Below, piece after piece: positions 9,186-18,062 of a DNA stretch of 64,000 nt (its first letter is position 1; each line of letters starts with the position of its first letter). Source of the stretch: a virus; IMG/VR virus record IMGVR_UViG_3300045988_179760; one strand, given 5' to 3'. The notes below the pieces were generated by a model that was given only the letters and a program-made list of their open reading frames with translations, did not search any database and had not been told where the DNA came from. A program made the translations under genes and the position numbers.

Positions 9186-9300
9186 AACTCAAACCCCTGC
9201 AATACCGGTCGGAATCTCTTCCATTAAAAAACATTAAGAAAGACACGTCCGACCGGCAACAGGAATCACGGGATTTCAATCCCGTGAGGAAGTCAAGATG
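9186..9300 (+). ncRNA. candidate TnpB right-end / omega-RNA scaffold region
   Basis: Hairpin CACGGGAtttcaaTCCCGTG lies just 3' of the tnpB stop. IS605-family omegaRNAs derive from this position. Confidence 0.3.
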
Positions 9301-9469
9301 TTCACGTGAGACACCTCGCCGTTGGCTTTGAATACCGGGAACTCGTCGGTTTCACCAGCCTCGCTCCAATTGTCCCACCACTCTTTCGGGATTCGGACTT
9401 TCCAACCGTCCTTTAGCTTCGTCCAAATCGGACGGGGTTCGGTCTTGGCGTCTTCGATAGTTTCACTCA
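9276..9469 (-). CDS. small hypothetical protein (MSETIEDAKTEPRPIW...)
   Basis: Internal Met of ORF 9276..9689 with an AAAGGACAAAAA RBS. Confidence 0.4.
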
Positions 9470-9481
9470 TTTTTTGTCCTT

Positions 9482-9859
9482 TCAGCGAGTGTATCCGATT
9501 TTCCTCAGCACATGGTCTTCGGGGTCGGAGAGATGCTTGATGACCTCTTCCGGCGTAAGGCTGATTCTCTTCGTGTGGAGCAGGGGTTGGAACGAGCAAG
9601 TGCGGAGGAACTTCGTGACCACGCCGTCTCTGCTCATGCGGGAGGGAATCTTCTGGTTTCGATACTGGCGGTAGGTGAAGCGGAGCCAACGAATCGCCTG
9701 TTTCGAATCGATGGTCTTCACATGGGGATTATCAGCGTAGGCTTTCACCCAGTTATTGCGTTCGGTGGCGCTGTGGAAAATCTGGATTAGTGGAATGTTG
9801 TTGTCAGGGTCGAGCTTCTGGTTGGGATGGTTGACTATGGCGGCGTAGTAGGTGTTCAT
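9482..9859 (-). CDS. hypothetical protein (start MNTYYAAIVNHPNQ)
   Basis: ORF 9482..9967 trimmed to the first Met downstream of the motif at 9889-9907. Confidence 0.5.
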   Translation of the reverse strand: MNTYYAAIVNHPNQKLDPDNNIPLIQIFHSATERNNWVKAYADNPHVKTIDSKQAIRWLRFTYRQYRNQKIPSRMSRDGVVTKFLRTCSFQPLLHTKRISLTPEEVIKHLSDPEDHVLRKIGYTR

Positions 9860-9888
9860 GGGTTGCTCCTTTTGTAGACCAAGTTTTT

Positions 9889-9907
9889 GTGTGAACAATC
9901 CCAGTAT
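9889..9907 (-). promoter_or_regulatory. conserved promoter-like motif copy (tgtgaacaatcccagtata)
   Basis: Direct match. Confidence 0.65.
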
Positions 9908-10320
9908 ATATTCAAGAATAGCAATCACGCAAGTCGGCACGTCAAAACAAACTACCCAATCACACAAAAACCAGCAAGCCTATCAATGCAATAATCGACA
10001 GATAGGCCAGAACCATAAGAGACAATCCAACCCGCAGACCCCATCCCCAAGCCAATACGCGAGAATCGTTCTCCCTACCGACCTCTTCCATTTTGCGGCT
10101 CCAAGCCTGAACCTTATCGGTCAACTCGTTCTGCGTGAGCCAATTGCCGTCACGGTCGAACGGGCTAGGCTGATACGGCAGGTAGAAGAATCCCCTCCAT
10201 ATCCAATGGTGGCAATGCCGGATACGGTGGAATATTATGCCGCCAGATTTGCGCGGAACGGCGCAACCCCATACGGAACGCCGGATTACGCACCGTGTCC
10301 AATAAACCCATTTTCTACTC

Positions 10321-10731
10321 CTATCGAAAAGTTAACGGCTCTTCGCCTATCCTCACAAGCAACTCGTTCAGTTCAGGTATGAGAATATCCGTTCCAAGCG
10401 CTTCAACATCATGTTTGGTGAGGTAGAACACTTGCCCGTCCTTGTAACGCAACATGCCGTCAGTGTCGAACGATAGGCTTTCGAACATGGTTTCGACCAT
10501 ATCCCAGAACAGGCTTCCGAACTGCTCTTTAGTCCGTTCGTCATGCAGAACCGTGTACACCGCGCGGGAATACTGTTCACCGCGTTTCAAATCCTTGTTC
10601 AGGCAACGTTCGCAACGATGGCATCCGTCCAAGTCTTTCATGCAGTCGGAGCATAACGGTCGGGAGCATTCGGGGCAGAGGATAGTCCACTTGTTTGTTT
10701 TGCAGATTGCGCAGATTCCGTTGTTCAGCAC
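10321..10731 (-). CDS. Zn-finger protein (CAICKTNKWTILCPECSRPLCSDCMKDLDGCHRCERC)
   Basis: Eight-Cys treble-clef/RING-like N-terminus, 136 aa. Confidence 0.5.
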   Translation of the reverse strand: MLNNGICAICKTNKWTILCPECSRPLCSDCMKDLDGCHRCERCLNKDLKRGEQYSRAVYTVLHDERTKEQFGSLFWDMVETMFESLSFDTDGMLRYKDGQVFYLTKHDVEALGTDILIPELNELLVRIGEEPLTFR

Positions 10732-10781
10732 GTCGAATGCTCCTTACCGTAGTGGGTGTGATTGCTTCCAGATTAACTCAA

Positions 10782-11504
10782 TCAGTCCAACGGTTTGCCG
10801 CGTCCGACAATCTTCTTACCGTCCGCGTTCCGCAACCATGCCAAGCCGTGACCATAGGAAACAACACCAGCTTTGACGGTCGGATTCTGCTGGAACGTGT
10901 AATAAACTTCCACCAGTCCGCCGCCACCGTTCGCTTGCAGAATACGAATCCTGTAATCCTTTTCCACGGCTTTGACGGCCATATCCCGTTCGAGTTCATC
11001 AAACCAACCGTAAAGTGGGAGCATGGCGAAAGCGGCTAATACTCCTACGGTGATGAACCGCCAATATGTTTTGGCCCCTACCAGTAGGGCGATTACCGCC
11101 ACGAGAACGCCGATGATGGCGATTCCGGCCACGAGCTGGCGCCAATTGCCGTTGCAATCGTATTCGACGGGAGCATAGGGATTGGTGAGGGTCGGCGCGG
11201 ATTTGACGGGTTTTGACTGTTTGTGTGGGATGGTCGGCCTGTAGGTCTTCGGCTCTTTCGTGGACACGGTTTCGGTCTTTGCTTTAGGTTCCGTCTTGAC
11301 TGTAGGGTCGTTCTTCGGTTCGACGGGCTTAGGAACGTTCTTCTTTTCAGCTTCCACGGGCGGTGCCGGTGGTTTCAACATTTTCCGTTCCGTCTCTTTG
11401 ACCACTCTTTGAAGTTCGATGGTGGTGGACGAGTCGGGTTCGTCCATCGGTTCCTGACCTAACATCATGAGGTCGTTTTCCAGCGAGACATCCCGTTCTT
11501 TCAT
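10782..11504 (-). CDS. membrane protein with Pro/Lys-rich linker and one TM segment
   Basis: Hydrophobic stretch AGIAIIGVLVAVIALLVGA. Low-complexity PAPPVEAEKK region. Confidence 0.5.
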   Translation of the reverse strand: MKERDVSLENDLMMLGQEPMDEPDSSTTIELQRVVKETERKMLKPPAPPVEAEKKNVPKPVEPKNDPTVKTEPKAKTETVSTKEPKTYRPTIPHKQSKPVKSAPTLTNPYAPVEYDCNGNWRQLVAGIAIIGVLVAVIALLVGAKTYWRFITVGVLAAFAMLPLYGWFDELERDMAVKAVEKDYRIRILQANGGGGLVEVYYTFQQNPTVKAGVVSYGHGLAWLRNADGKKIVGRGKPLD

Positions 11505-11589
11505 ACAAGGCTTCCTTTCTTTTTTGTCGGATATGAGAGAGGGGAGAAGCGGTCTGGATGACGCTTCTCCCCGAGGCTTTTAGCATAGG

Positions 11590-11886
11590 TCAGAGGATTC
11601 GGGTTCCCTTGCGGGTGACGAGCATGATTCTGTTTTCGTAGCGGTTCTCGAAAACGTCCCAGTTGCCGCTCAGGACAGCCAAGCACACATTGCCTTTGAT
11701 GAGGTTCCAACGTTCGTCGCAGTTGGATACGACGTGCTTCCAGTTGATTGGATTGGGCTTGTGGTGGGAGGTTTCCACGATGGCTTCGGTCATAGGCCTG
11801 TCTGCGTAGGCGTGGTCGTAGGTGTTGTCACTCGCGACGATGCTGATGGTGCCGTTGTCGAATGCGATTGGCTGGATGGTGTTCAT
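11590..11886 (-). CDS. hypothetical protein (start MNTIQPIAFDNG)
   Basis: ORF 11590..11940 trimmed so the start lies downstream of the motif at 11926-11944. Confidence 0.5.
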   Translation of the reverse strand: MNTIQPIAFDNGTISIVASDNTYDHAYADRPMTEAIVETSHHKPNPINWKHVVSNCDERWNLIKGNVCLAVLSGNWDVFENRYENRIMLVTRKGTRIL

Positions 11887-11925
11887 GTTTTCTCCTTTTG
11901 TTGTTGTGAGGCCGAACCCTTTTTG

Positions 11926-11944
11926 TGTGGACATGACCACTATA
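11926..11944 (-). promoter_or_regulatory. conserved promoter-like motif copy, variant (tgtggacatgaccactata)
   Basis: Match to the CACTATAACACA subfamily. Confidence 0.5.
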
Positions 11945-11996
11945 ACACATGGTCTGAAATATCACAATACGAAAAACAAAAAATGCCGACCAGCGC

Positions 11997-12188
11997 CTAG
12001 AAGCGGAAGACCAAGCCCTGCGCCCTGACGAAAGACCTCAGAGCCTTCGGGGGGGGGTCGAGGATGGTTCCCCCGTGTTCGTGGGTATACTGTTCGGCGC
12101 TCTCAAGCGAAGTTAAGAGTGTGAGCTGGTCTTCGTATTCGACTGGCCACACCTGCTGTGTCTGCTGGTAGGCGTGTTCTATATACAT
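11997..12188 (-). CDS. small hypothetical protein (63 aa)
   Basis: ORF track. Motif 12216-12234 lies immediately upstream. Confidence 0.45.
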   Translation of the reverse strand: MYIEHAYQQTQQVWPVEYEDQLTLLTSLESAEQYTHEHGGTILDPPPKALRSFVRAQGLVFRF

Positions 12189-12215
12189 GTTGTTCTCCTT
12201 TTTAAATGGTTTTTG

Positions 12216-12234
12216 TGTGGACGATTCCAGTATA
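12216..12234 (-). promoter_or_regulatory. conserved promoter-like motif copy (tgtggacgattccagtata)
   Basis: Direct match. Confidence 0.6.
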
Positions 12235-12313
12235 CCACAGAGGGATAATGCAAAAATCCCTCACTGCACAGCCGCAAAAAGCTAAACCCGTCGAATCCAA
12301 CGGGTTTAGAATC

Positions 12314-12709
12314 TCAGGGAATCAGCTGCCAAATCCGCCAGCCGACCAACCCCAACAGTACGAGCACCCCAATCGCATACATCCACGTGCCCGCGTATCC
12401 GCCCGCGAGGAACGCGCTCATCCGACGTTTCCGTTGCTCCAGCAGTGCGTACCATTCGCTCTCGCAACGGTCGAACATGTCCGCGTCCATGCGGGTGCCT
12501 CCGTACATGTCGAGCCAATCGCGCACGGTCGGCATGGGACCCAACGGGTCACGCAGACGGGCGTGCGGTATGAGGGCTATTTTCAACCCCTGCCACACGC
12601 CCTTGAGAAAGAACGCGGGTAGCCTGTCCCCGGTCATGACAGCTCCCCACATGGTTCGACGGTTTGCCTCAGCCCCCGTTCGACCAGTGCTCTCACCGCC
12701 GCGTTCCAC
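12314..12709 (-). CDS. membrane protein (C-terminal TM segments)
   Basis: YAGTWMYAIGVLVLLGLVGWRIWQLIP hydrophobic C-terminus. Confidence 0.45.
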   Translation of the reverse strand: MERGGESTGRTGAEANRRTMWGAVMTGDRLPAFFLKGVWQGLKIALIPHARLRDPLGPMPTVRDWLDMYGGTRMDADMFDRCESEWYALLEQRKRRMSAFLAGGYAGTWMYAIGVLVLLGLVGWRIWQLIP

Positions 12710-12718
12710 GTGAGTTCG

Positions 12719-12976
12719 TTATCGTCGGCGTACTGCATGGTCAGCCGGTACAGGTCGGCGGGCAACATGACCACACGGTTCACGTTCGGCATCGCGTTGC
12801 CTCCAGAACAGGTGGGCGAGCGAATCGGCGTCGATGTACCGGCGTCGTCCGATTTTGTAGGTGCGTATGCGACCGGCCTTCAGCAGGTCGTACACGTGCT
12901 GGCGTGAGCAGGAGAGGTAGGCCATCGTGTCAGCTATAGTGAGGATGGCTGGCAGTTCCTTGGCTTTGGTTCTCAT
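12719..12976 (-). CDS. Xis/AlpA (MerR-superfamily excisionase-type) HTH DNA-binding protein
   Basis: LTIADTMAYLSCSRQHVYDLLKAGRIRTYKIGRRRYIDADSL matches the excisionase-family HTH pattern (..S..T.Y.L...G.......IGRR....). Start trimmed to MRTKAKELP. Confidence 0.6.
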   Translation of the reverse strand: MRTKAKELPAILTIADTMAYLSCSRQHVYDLLKAGRIRTYKIGRRRYIDADSLAHLFWRQRDAEREPCGHVARRPVPADHAVRRR

Positions 12977-12993
12977 TGTCAAGTCCTCTTTCG

Positions 12994-13383
12994 TTAATAC
13001 CGGCATTCGCAACCGGAATCCAAAAACTCGTGTTCGCCGTCGCTCCACAGCACGGCCTCTATGGTCGAAGGGTCGTTCAGGTCGATGAAAAACGCGGCAA
13101 GCTCGTCCGCCGACAAGCGGGAGAACTCCTCGCCCACGGCTTTATAGAATTCGTCCCAAGCGGCTTGGTCGGCGTCCGATTCCATGAGCGTGGAGAACCG
13201 TTCCGCCAGTTGCGTGGATGGGAGTATGGCATGGGAGAAGCCTTCATCCGTGATATCGAGCCATGCATTCAAGCACCTGTCGGCCAGTTCTCCGACCGGG
13301 AAGGTCAGCATTCTCGTGGCGGTGCCCGTCCACTTGGTTTTTTTTAGAAAACTGACTTCTACGGCCTTGGTCTTGTGTTCCAT
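12994..13383 (-). CDS. acidic hypothetical protein (paralog of 14219..14596)
   Basis: Shared blocks with the 14219..14596 protein: FxKKxxWxGT, ADxCxxAWLDIxD, DSDAxQAxWDEFY, ELAxxFxxLNDPxTI, DSxCE. Confidence 0.55.
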   Translation of the reverse strand: MEHKTKAVEVSFLKKTKWTGTATRMLTFPVGELADRCLNAWLDITDEGFSHAILPSTQLAERFSTLMESDADQAAWDEFYKAVGEEFSRLSADELAAFFIDLNDPSTIEAVLWSDGEHEFLDSGCECRY

Positions 13384-13416
13384 GGTCTAACTCCTATTCA
13401 ATGGCTTTCTGTTTTT

Positions 13417-13435
13417 GTGTGAACGATTCCAGTAT
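13417..13435 (-). promoter_or_regulatory. conserved promoter-like motif copy (tgtgaacgattccagtata)
   Basis: Direct match. Confidence 0.65.
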
Positions 13436-13498
13436 ACATGAATGCACAAGAACGTCAAACCAGCTTCCAGCCAAGCGCGTTTTCAATGCATTAAGGCG

Positions 13499-13714
13499 TC
13501 AAAGCGAACCATGTCCGCGTGTCCTCTCCAAGGCGAACTGATAGGCGACTTCATCCAGTTCCTTGGGTTCCAACCCGTCCAGCACGGCGAGTGCGAACCT
13601 CACACGCTCACGGTCATCGACCGGCAACCAGATGTCGTCGGCTCCCGCGACGACGTGAATGCCCATGCCGTCGTTGTCGCTGATGTAGTCGAATCCGGTG
13701 AACTTGACATTCAT
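13499..13714 (-). CDS. small hypothetical protein (start MNVKFTGFDY)
   Basis: ORF 13499..13792 trimmed downstream of the motif at 13784-13802. RBS GGAGGAAG present. Confidence 0.5.
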   Translation of the reverse strand: MNVKFTGFDYISDNDGMGIHVVAGADDIWLPVDDRERVRFALAVLDGLEPKELDEVAYQFALERTRGHGSL

Positions 13715-13783
13715 GCTTCCTCCTTTTTTCTCAGTCTTCCCCGTTGTCTGAACGATGCGACGTAATACGGTTCCAATGTTTTG

Positions 13784-13802
13784 TGTGAACAATTCCAGTA
13801 TA
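13784..13802 (-). promoter_or_regulatory. conserved promoter-like motif copy (tgtgaacaattccagtata)
   Basis: Direct match. Confidence 0.65.
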
Positions 13803-13884
13803 GCGCACTTTGTAAAACAGGCAACACGGACACGTCAAAAAAACAAAAAGCCCCGCCAAAACGACGAGGCCACAATCCTGAAAA

Positions 13885-14085
13885 CTAACGATTCATGCTC
13901 AAACGAACCTCAACCGCGACGGTCAGCAACACCACCGTAATGGCGCACACGGATACGATACCGAACGTGCGGCCAAACGTGAACAGCCAAGTGCCGAACG
14001 AGTAGATGCCGAACGCGACTGCGGTTGCCACCCCACCGAAAGCGATGGTGACAAGCGTCATAAGCAGAACATCCTTGATATACAT
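13885..14085 (-). CDS. small membrane protein (2 TM)
   Basis: 66 aa, hydrophobic throughout. Motif at 14127-14145 upstream. Confidence 0.45.
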   Translation of the reverse strand: MYIKDVLLMTLVTIAFGGVATAVAFGIYSFGTWLFTFGRTFGIVSVCAITVVLLTVAVEVRLSMNR

Positions 14086-14126
14086 TTTTTCTCCTTTTGG
14101 TGATGGGTTTTACGAACCCTTGTTTG

Positions 14127-14145
14127 TGTGAACAATTCCAGTATA
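14127..14145 (-). promoter_or_regulatory. conserved promoter-like motif copy (tgtgaacaattccagtata)
   Basis: Direct match. Confidence 0.65.
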
Positions 14146-14218
14146 CATCATGTTGGGTACGACACGCCAAACAAAAAGCGCCCCACCCATCCAAGGGAGA
14201 GGCGCTAAAACCCGACGG

Positions 14219-14596
14219 TCAGAACTCATACTCGCAATCGGAATCGAGATACCATTTGTCGCCGTAACCCCAAAGAACACGACGGATGGTCGCAGGGTCG
14301 TTTAGCTCAACGAACTTGGACGCCAGTTCATCCACCGACTTGGCGGAAAAAGCCTTGCCGACGGAAGCGTAGAATTCATCCCATTCCGCCTGTTCGGCGT
14401 CGGAATCGACCAGCTCACGGAACCGTCCGGCAAGCTTCTCGTCCGGCAGTGTCGCTTCCGCAGAATTCGTGTCCTCTATATCCAACCAAGCGCCGAAACA
14501 CTTGTCGGCCAACGATTTAACCGGAATGGTGAGGATGCTGGAATACGTGCCCTTCCAAGCGTTCTTCTTGAAGAAGCTAACGTCTCGTGCCTTCAT
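14219..14596 (-). CDS. acidic hypothetical protein (paralog of 12994..13383)
   Basis: Start MKARDVSFF. Conserved blocks with the 12994..13383 protein. Confidence 0.55.
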   Translation of the reverse strand: MKARDVSFFKKNAWKGTYSSILTIPVKSLADKCFGAWLDIEDTNSAEATLPDEKLAGRFRELVDSDAEQAEWDEFYASVGKAFSAKSVDELASKFVELNDPATIRRVLWGYGDKWYLDSDCEYEF

Positions 14597-14610
14597 TTTC
14601 CCCGTTCCTC

Positions 14611-15105
14611 CTATTCTTCCTCGCCGTCCGCCTGACGGAGCGGAACGATACGGTTCCACTGTTCCTCATACTCGTCCTCCGCGTCCTTGGAACCATTGTC
14701 CAGCAGTTTGTTCAACGTGGCTCGTCCTACGTCGCTGAGACGACTGATGCTGCGGAGAATGCTCGCCACGTCGTCGGCTTCGTATAGTTTATTGCGATTG
14801 TCCGACAGTTCTTGATACTTCGAGTCGGTGAGGTTCCAAACATAGTCTTCCAGCAGTTTCCAGTCTTCTTTTTCGGCAGAGGGTACTGGAATCGGCTTGG
14901 TGAGCCGCCAATCTTCGAGAATGTCCACCCAAAGGTCGGTCTTGACGTTGTATTCGCCAAGGTCTTCCTCGTGGGTGAGTTTTTCGATTCGTTGTTCTTC
15001 GCCGTTCTCGTCCAAGTAGTCTATTGTGAGATATTCACTATCCACTGACAAGGTGGAGAGTTCGCGTAGCTTGGTGATTTTGAGGTTGGTGATTGTGTTA
15101 ATCAT
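14611..15105 (-). CDS. highly acidic hypothetical protein (DNA-mimic-like composition)
   Basis: Start MINTITNLK downstream of the motif. Very D/E-rich, ending ...ADGEEE. Confidence 0.5.
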   Translation of the reverse strand: MINTITNLKITKLRELSTLSVDSEYLTIDYLDENGEEQRIEKLTHEEDLGEYNVKTDLWVDILEDWRLTKPIPVPSAEKEDWKLLEDYVWNLTDSKYQELSDNRNKLYEADDVASILRSISRLSDVGRATLNKLLDNGSKDAEDEYEEQWNRIVPLRQADGEEE

Positions 15106-15136
15106 TTTTGTTCCTCCTTGTTGGAATCTATCTTTT

Positions 15137-15155
15137 GTGTGAACAATCCCAGTAT
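15137..15155 (-). promoter_or_regulatory. conserved promoter-like motif copy (tgtgaacaatcccagtata)
   Basis: Direct match. Confidence 0.65.
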
Positions 15156-15217
15156 ACCATGTTTGTTGGGAAAACAAAAACAGCCCACTCCCCAAAACAA
15201 GGAAGCGGGCTGAAAAG

Positions 15218-16041
15218 TCAGGCATTCAGCAAAGCATGGGACGAAACACCCATTTCAGACAAACCCAAACCCACATTGTTCGCGTCACTCACACCACGAG
15301 CAAAACCATCCTTGCTACCACGAGCAGTGGCCGCACGACCCGGCACCAGCTCAAGCTTGTCAAAATACTCGTTCAGACGCTGACTCTTGCATGACACCAG
15401 CTCACGACCGGAAGGAATGGCGAGACTCTGCTTGCGAAGCTCCTCGAAACGTTCGCTCAAACGTTCGTTGAATCCACCGCGATAACCATAATAGAACTTG
15501 GCGCGTGGATAATCACGACGCATGTACTGTTTGCATTCCGTCAGCGTCGGATAGGATTCACGTCCGTAATGCGTTTCGACGTATTCCTTGTTGTCCTCAT
15601 AGTACGCTTTGGCGTGCTGGTCAATCATGTCCGCGTAGCTAGTGCGGGCGTGGACTGAGCAGTACAGGTCGATGCTTTGGAAGAGAAGGACTGCGGCGTT
15701 CACATCGTCCTCCTCGCCTACGAACATGACGGCACGTTCCTTAATCCTTCCGCCACACCGGCTTTCGTGAATGTAGGCGCGGCATTCGTTAGCTTGGGCG
15801 ATGATGGTCGCAAGGTAGCCTTGCTGATGGTAGATGGTGGTTTTGCTTACGTTCACGCCACGTTCGATGATTGGCTTGTTCGTGCGGGTGCGGTCGCGTT
15901 TCCAGTCTTCGATACGATATTCGTTGATGAGTTTCTGTGCCCGCTCGAACGCCATTTGCGCCTCATTGTCGCTGGAAGCTTCGTTTTCGGCTATTGCCAT
16001 GAGGTTGTTGATGCGTTCGATGATGCTGTCGATGTTGCTCA
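15218..16041 (-). CDS. hypothetical protein (274 aa)
   Basis: ORF 15218..16159 trimmed to MSNIDSIIERINNLM downstream of the motif. Confidence 0.5.
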
Positions 16042-16073
16042 TTTCTTGCTCCTTGGTTTTTCTTTTATCTTTT

Positions 16074-16092
16074 GTGTGAACAATCCCAGTAT
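16074..16092 (-). promoter_or_regulatory. conserved promoter-like motif copy (tgtgaacaatcccagtata)
   Basis: Direct match. Confidence 0.65.
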
Positions 16093-16195
16093 ACAGCGTG
16101 CGAAAAAACGACACACCCAAAAAACTATAAACAACCTCCGAAAAAACAAACCCCTCCAACCTATAAGGGAAGGAAGAGTACTGTTACAGAATCGC

Positions 16196-16510
16196 TCAGG
16201 CGTCCAAGTGGGAATGATGCAGAAGCCTACGAACATTGATATTGTGGACAAACCTATCCTGACCGACAATCCTCGAAGCAAACTCCCTATCGGTATATCC
16301 ACCGTCGGAAACACCGTCCAAAACAGTCTCGGGAATATTGTCCAACATGTAATAGCTGACGCCGGTCTGACTCTCGACATGCTCGAAAAGCATGTAGTAG
16401 ACGCCCTCGGGGTCGTCTGTGAAACGACTCATGACATACGACTTGTCCTTGACTACGAAGATGTTGTAGTCCTCTGCGCCGAACTGCTTGAAGTATGCAG
16501 GCTTATTCAT
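16196..16510 (-). CDS. hypothetical protein (104 aa)
   Basis: ORF track. RBS AAGGAGAAAAA precedes the ATG. Confidence 0.5.
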   Translation of the reverse strand: MNKPAYFKQFGAEDYNIFVVKDKSYVMSRFTDDPEGVYYMLFEHVESQTGVSYYMLDNIPETVLDGVSDGGYTDREFASRIVGQDRFVHNINVRRLLHHSHLDA

Positions 16511-16541
16511 TTTTTTCTCCTTGGTTTTTCAACTTTTTTTA

Positions 16542-16560
16542 TGTGAACGATTCCAGTATA
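16542..16560 (-). promoter_or_regulatory. conserved promoter-like motif copy (tgtgaacgattccagtata)
   Basis: Direct match. Outermost copy of the 2.4-16.6 kb series. Confidence 0.65.
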
Positions 16561-16740
16561 CTCCAAGCGTGGAAACAATACAAAAAAAGAGGGACGGAGA
16601 CCAAAACGGAAACCGTCCCTCAATGCCTTTTAGAAAAGTGACCTTATCTCAAACAAGAATCTATTTTAAACCACTTCCGTTTAGGCCGTCAACCTCTACT
16701 CTCGACAAAGCTGCCCATTATCGAACTTAACCCCTTGGTA

Positions 16741-16795
16741 CATGCTTTTTTAAAGTATTATACTTATTATAATTATTATAAAATCAAGGAAACAG
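16741..16795 (+). promoter_or_regulatory. AT-rich promoter-like island (ttttttaaagtattatacttattataattattataaaatc)
   Basis: About 55 bp of >85% AT in a roughly 58% GC context, directly upstream of the ATPase gene. Confidence 0.35.
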
Positions 16796-16798
16796 ACA

Positions 16799-17955
16799 TG
16801 ACCAACCCATTCAAACCAACCGCCGGACGTATCCCACCGATACTCGTCGGACGAGAAGAAATCATCGAAGACTTCGACTATGCGCTGAAAGACGGTGTAG
16901 GAAGCCCCGGACGGCTGATGTTCCTCACCGGAGCCAGAGGCGTAGGAAAAACAGTCATGCTGGACACGTTAGGAACACACGCGCAAAAGCAAGGCTGGAA
17001 AGTCTATAACGAAAGCGCCGATAGAGGTTTCACCCAAAGACTGGTGGACGCACTTACCGGCAAGGACACGACTCGCATATCCGCCTACGACATGCCTAGC
17101 GTCGGATTGAAAGGTGATGTAGGGAATCTGGAACTGAGTTTGGGGAGAATCGAACTCGAACACAATGAGGAACGTTCCTTGACGCTACGTCAAGCGGTCG
17201 GCAAACGTTTGGACAAGATAAATGAAAGCAAGCAGGGCATTCTCATCACATTGGACGAAGTGCAATCCGGTTCCATGGACGAAATCAGGGCTTTGTCCAC
17301 TGCCGTGCAACATCTTATCCGCGAAGGACGGAACATCGCGTTCATTTTCGCTGGGCTACCGTCCGCCGTGAACGACGTGCTGTCGGATAATGCCATCACC
17401 TTCCTTCAACGGGCAGAACGGTATCATTTGGGTTCCGTGCCAACGGAGAAGGTTCTGAAAGCATTCGAGGAGTCTTTCAGCGGGGAGAAGAAAGCCGGGA
17501 TGGAAACGTTGATACGGTTGACCAATGCCACTCATGGTTATCCGTTCATGATTCAGCTGGTGGGTTATTGGGCTTGGAGGGTTTCCGAAACCAACGGTCA
17601 TGTGAATCAAGTGACCGAGGAGGACGCGGTCAAGGGTATCGAAAAAGCCCAAGCCAAACTAGGGGATATGGTTCACGCCCCAGCATTGCATGGCTTGCCT
17701 TCTCATGCGGTGAACTATCTGCTTGCCATGTCGGTGGATGATACGGTGTCGAATACAGGTGAAATCGCCCGTCGGTTGAACCGTTCGCCGCAGTTCGCCA
17801 ACGTGTATAGAACCAAGCTGATTGAGAACGATTTGATTGAGCCTGTCGGTTACGGTGAAGTCGCTTTCAAAATGCCGTATTTGCGGGATTACTTGCGTGA
17901 GCATGGGGCTTATTTGCAGATGCGGGAGAATATCAGCGAACGCTCGGAGAACTAG
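16799..17955 (+). CDS. AAA-superfamily ATPase (archaeal-ATPase/DUF4143-type) with C-terminal wHTH
   Basis: Walker A LMFLTGARGVGKTVML, Walker B-like ILITLDEV. Likely start MTNPFKPT at 16799. Confidence 0.65.
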
Positions 17956-18028
17956 GTTTTGTTGTTCTGGGCGGTTTAGCATGGACAAGCTGGAAGAATT
18001 CAAGCTTGCCACCATTTGACATTTACCA

Positions 18029-18058
18029 GAAAGCCCCTCAACTAAGGGGCTTTCCTCT
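18029..18058. terminator. hairpin AAAGCCCCTcaactaAGGGGCTTT + T-tract between convergent genes
   Basis: Perfect 9-bp stem followed by cctctttt. Confidence 0.6.
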
Positions 18059-18062
18059 TTTG

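Noticed and set aside
15677-16546. 289-aa plus-strand ORF
   Set aside because: Antisense across two motif-promoted minus-strand genes. Spurious.
2416-16560. Conserved motif as a LexA/SOS box
   Set aside because: The motif is not a palindrome and does not match the actinobacterial TCGAAC-N4-GTTCGA consensus. It contains a -10-like TATACT instead.
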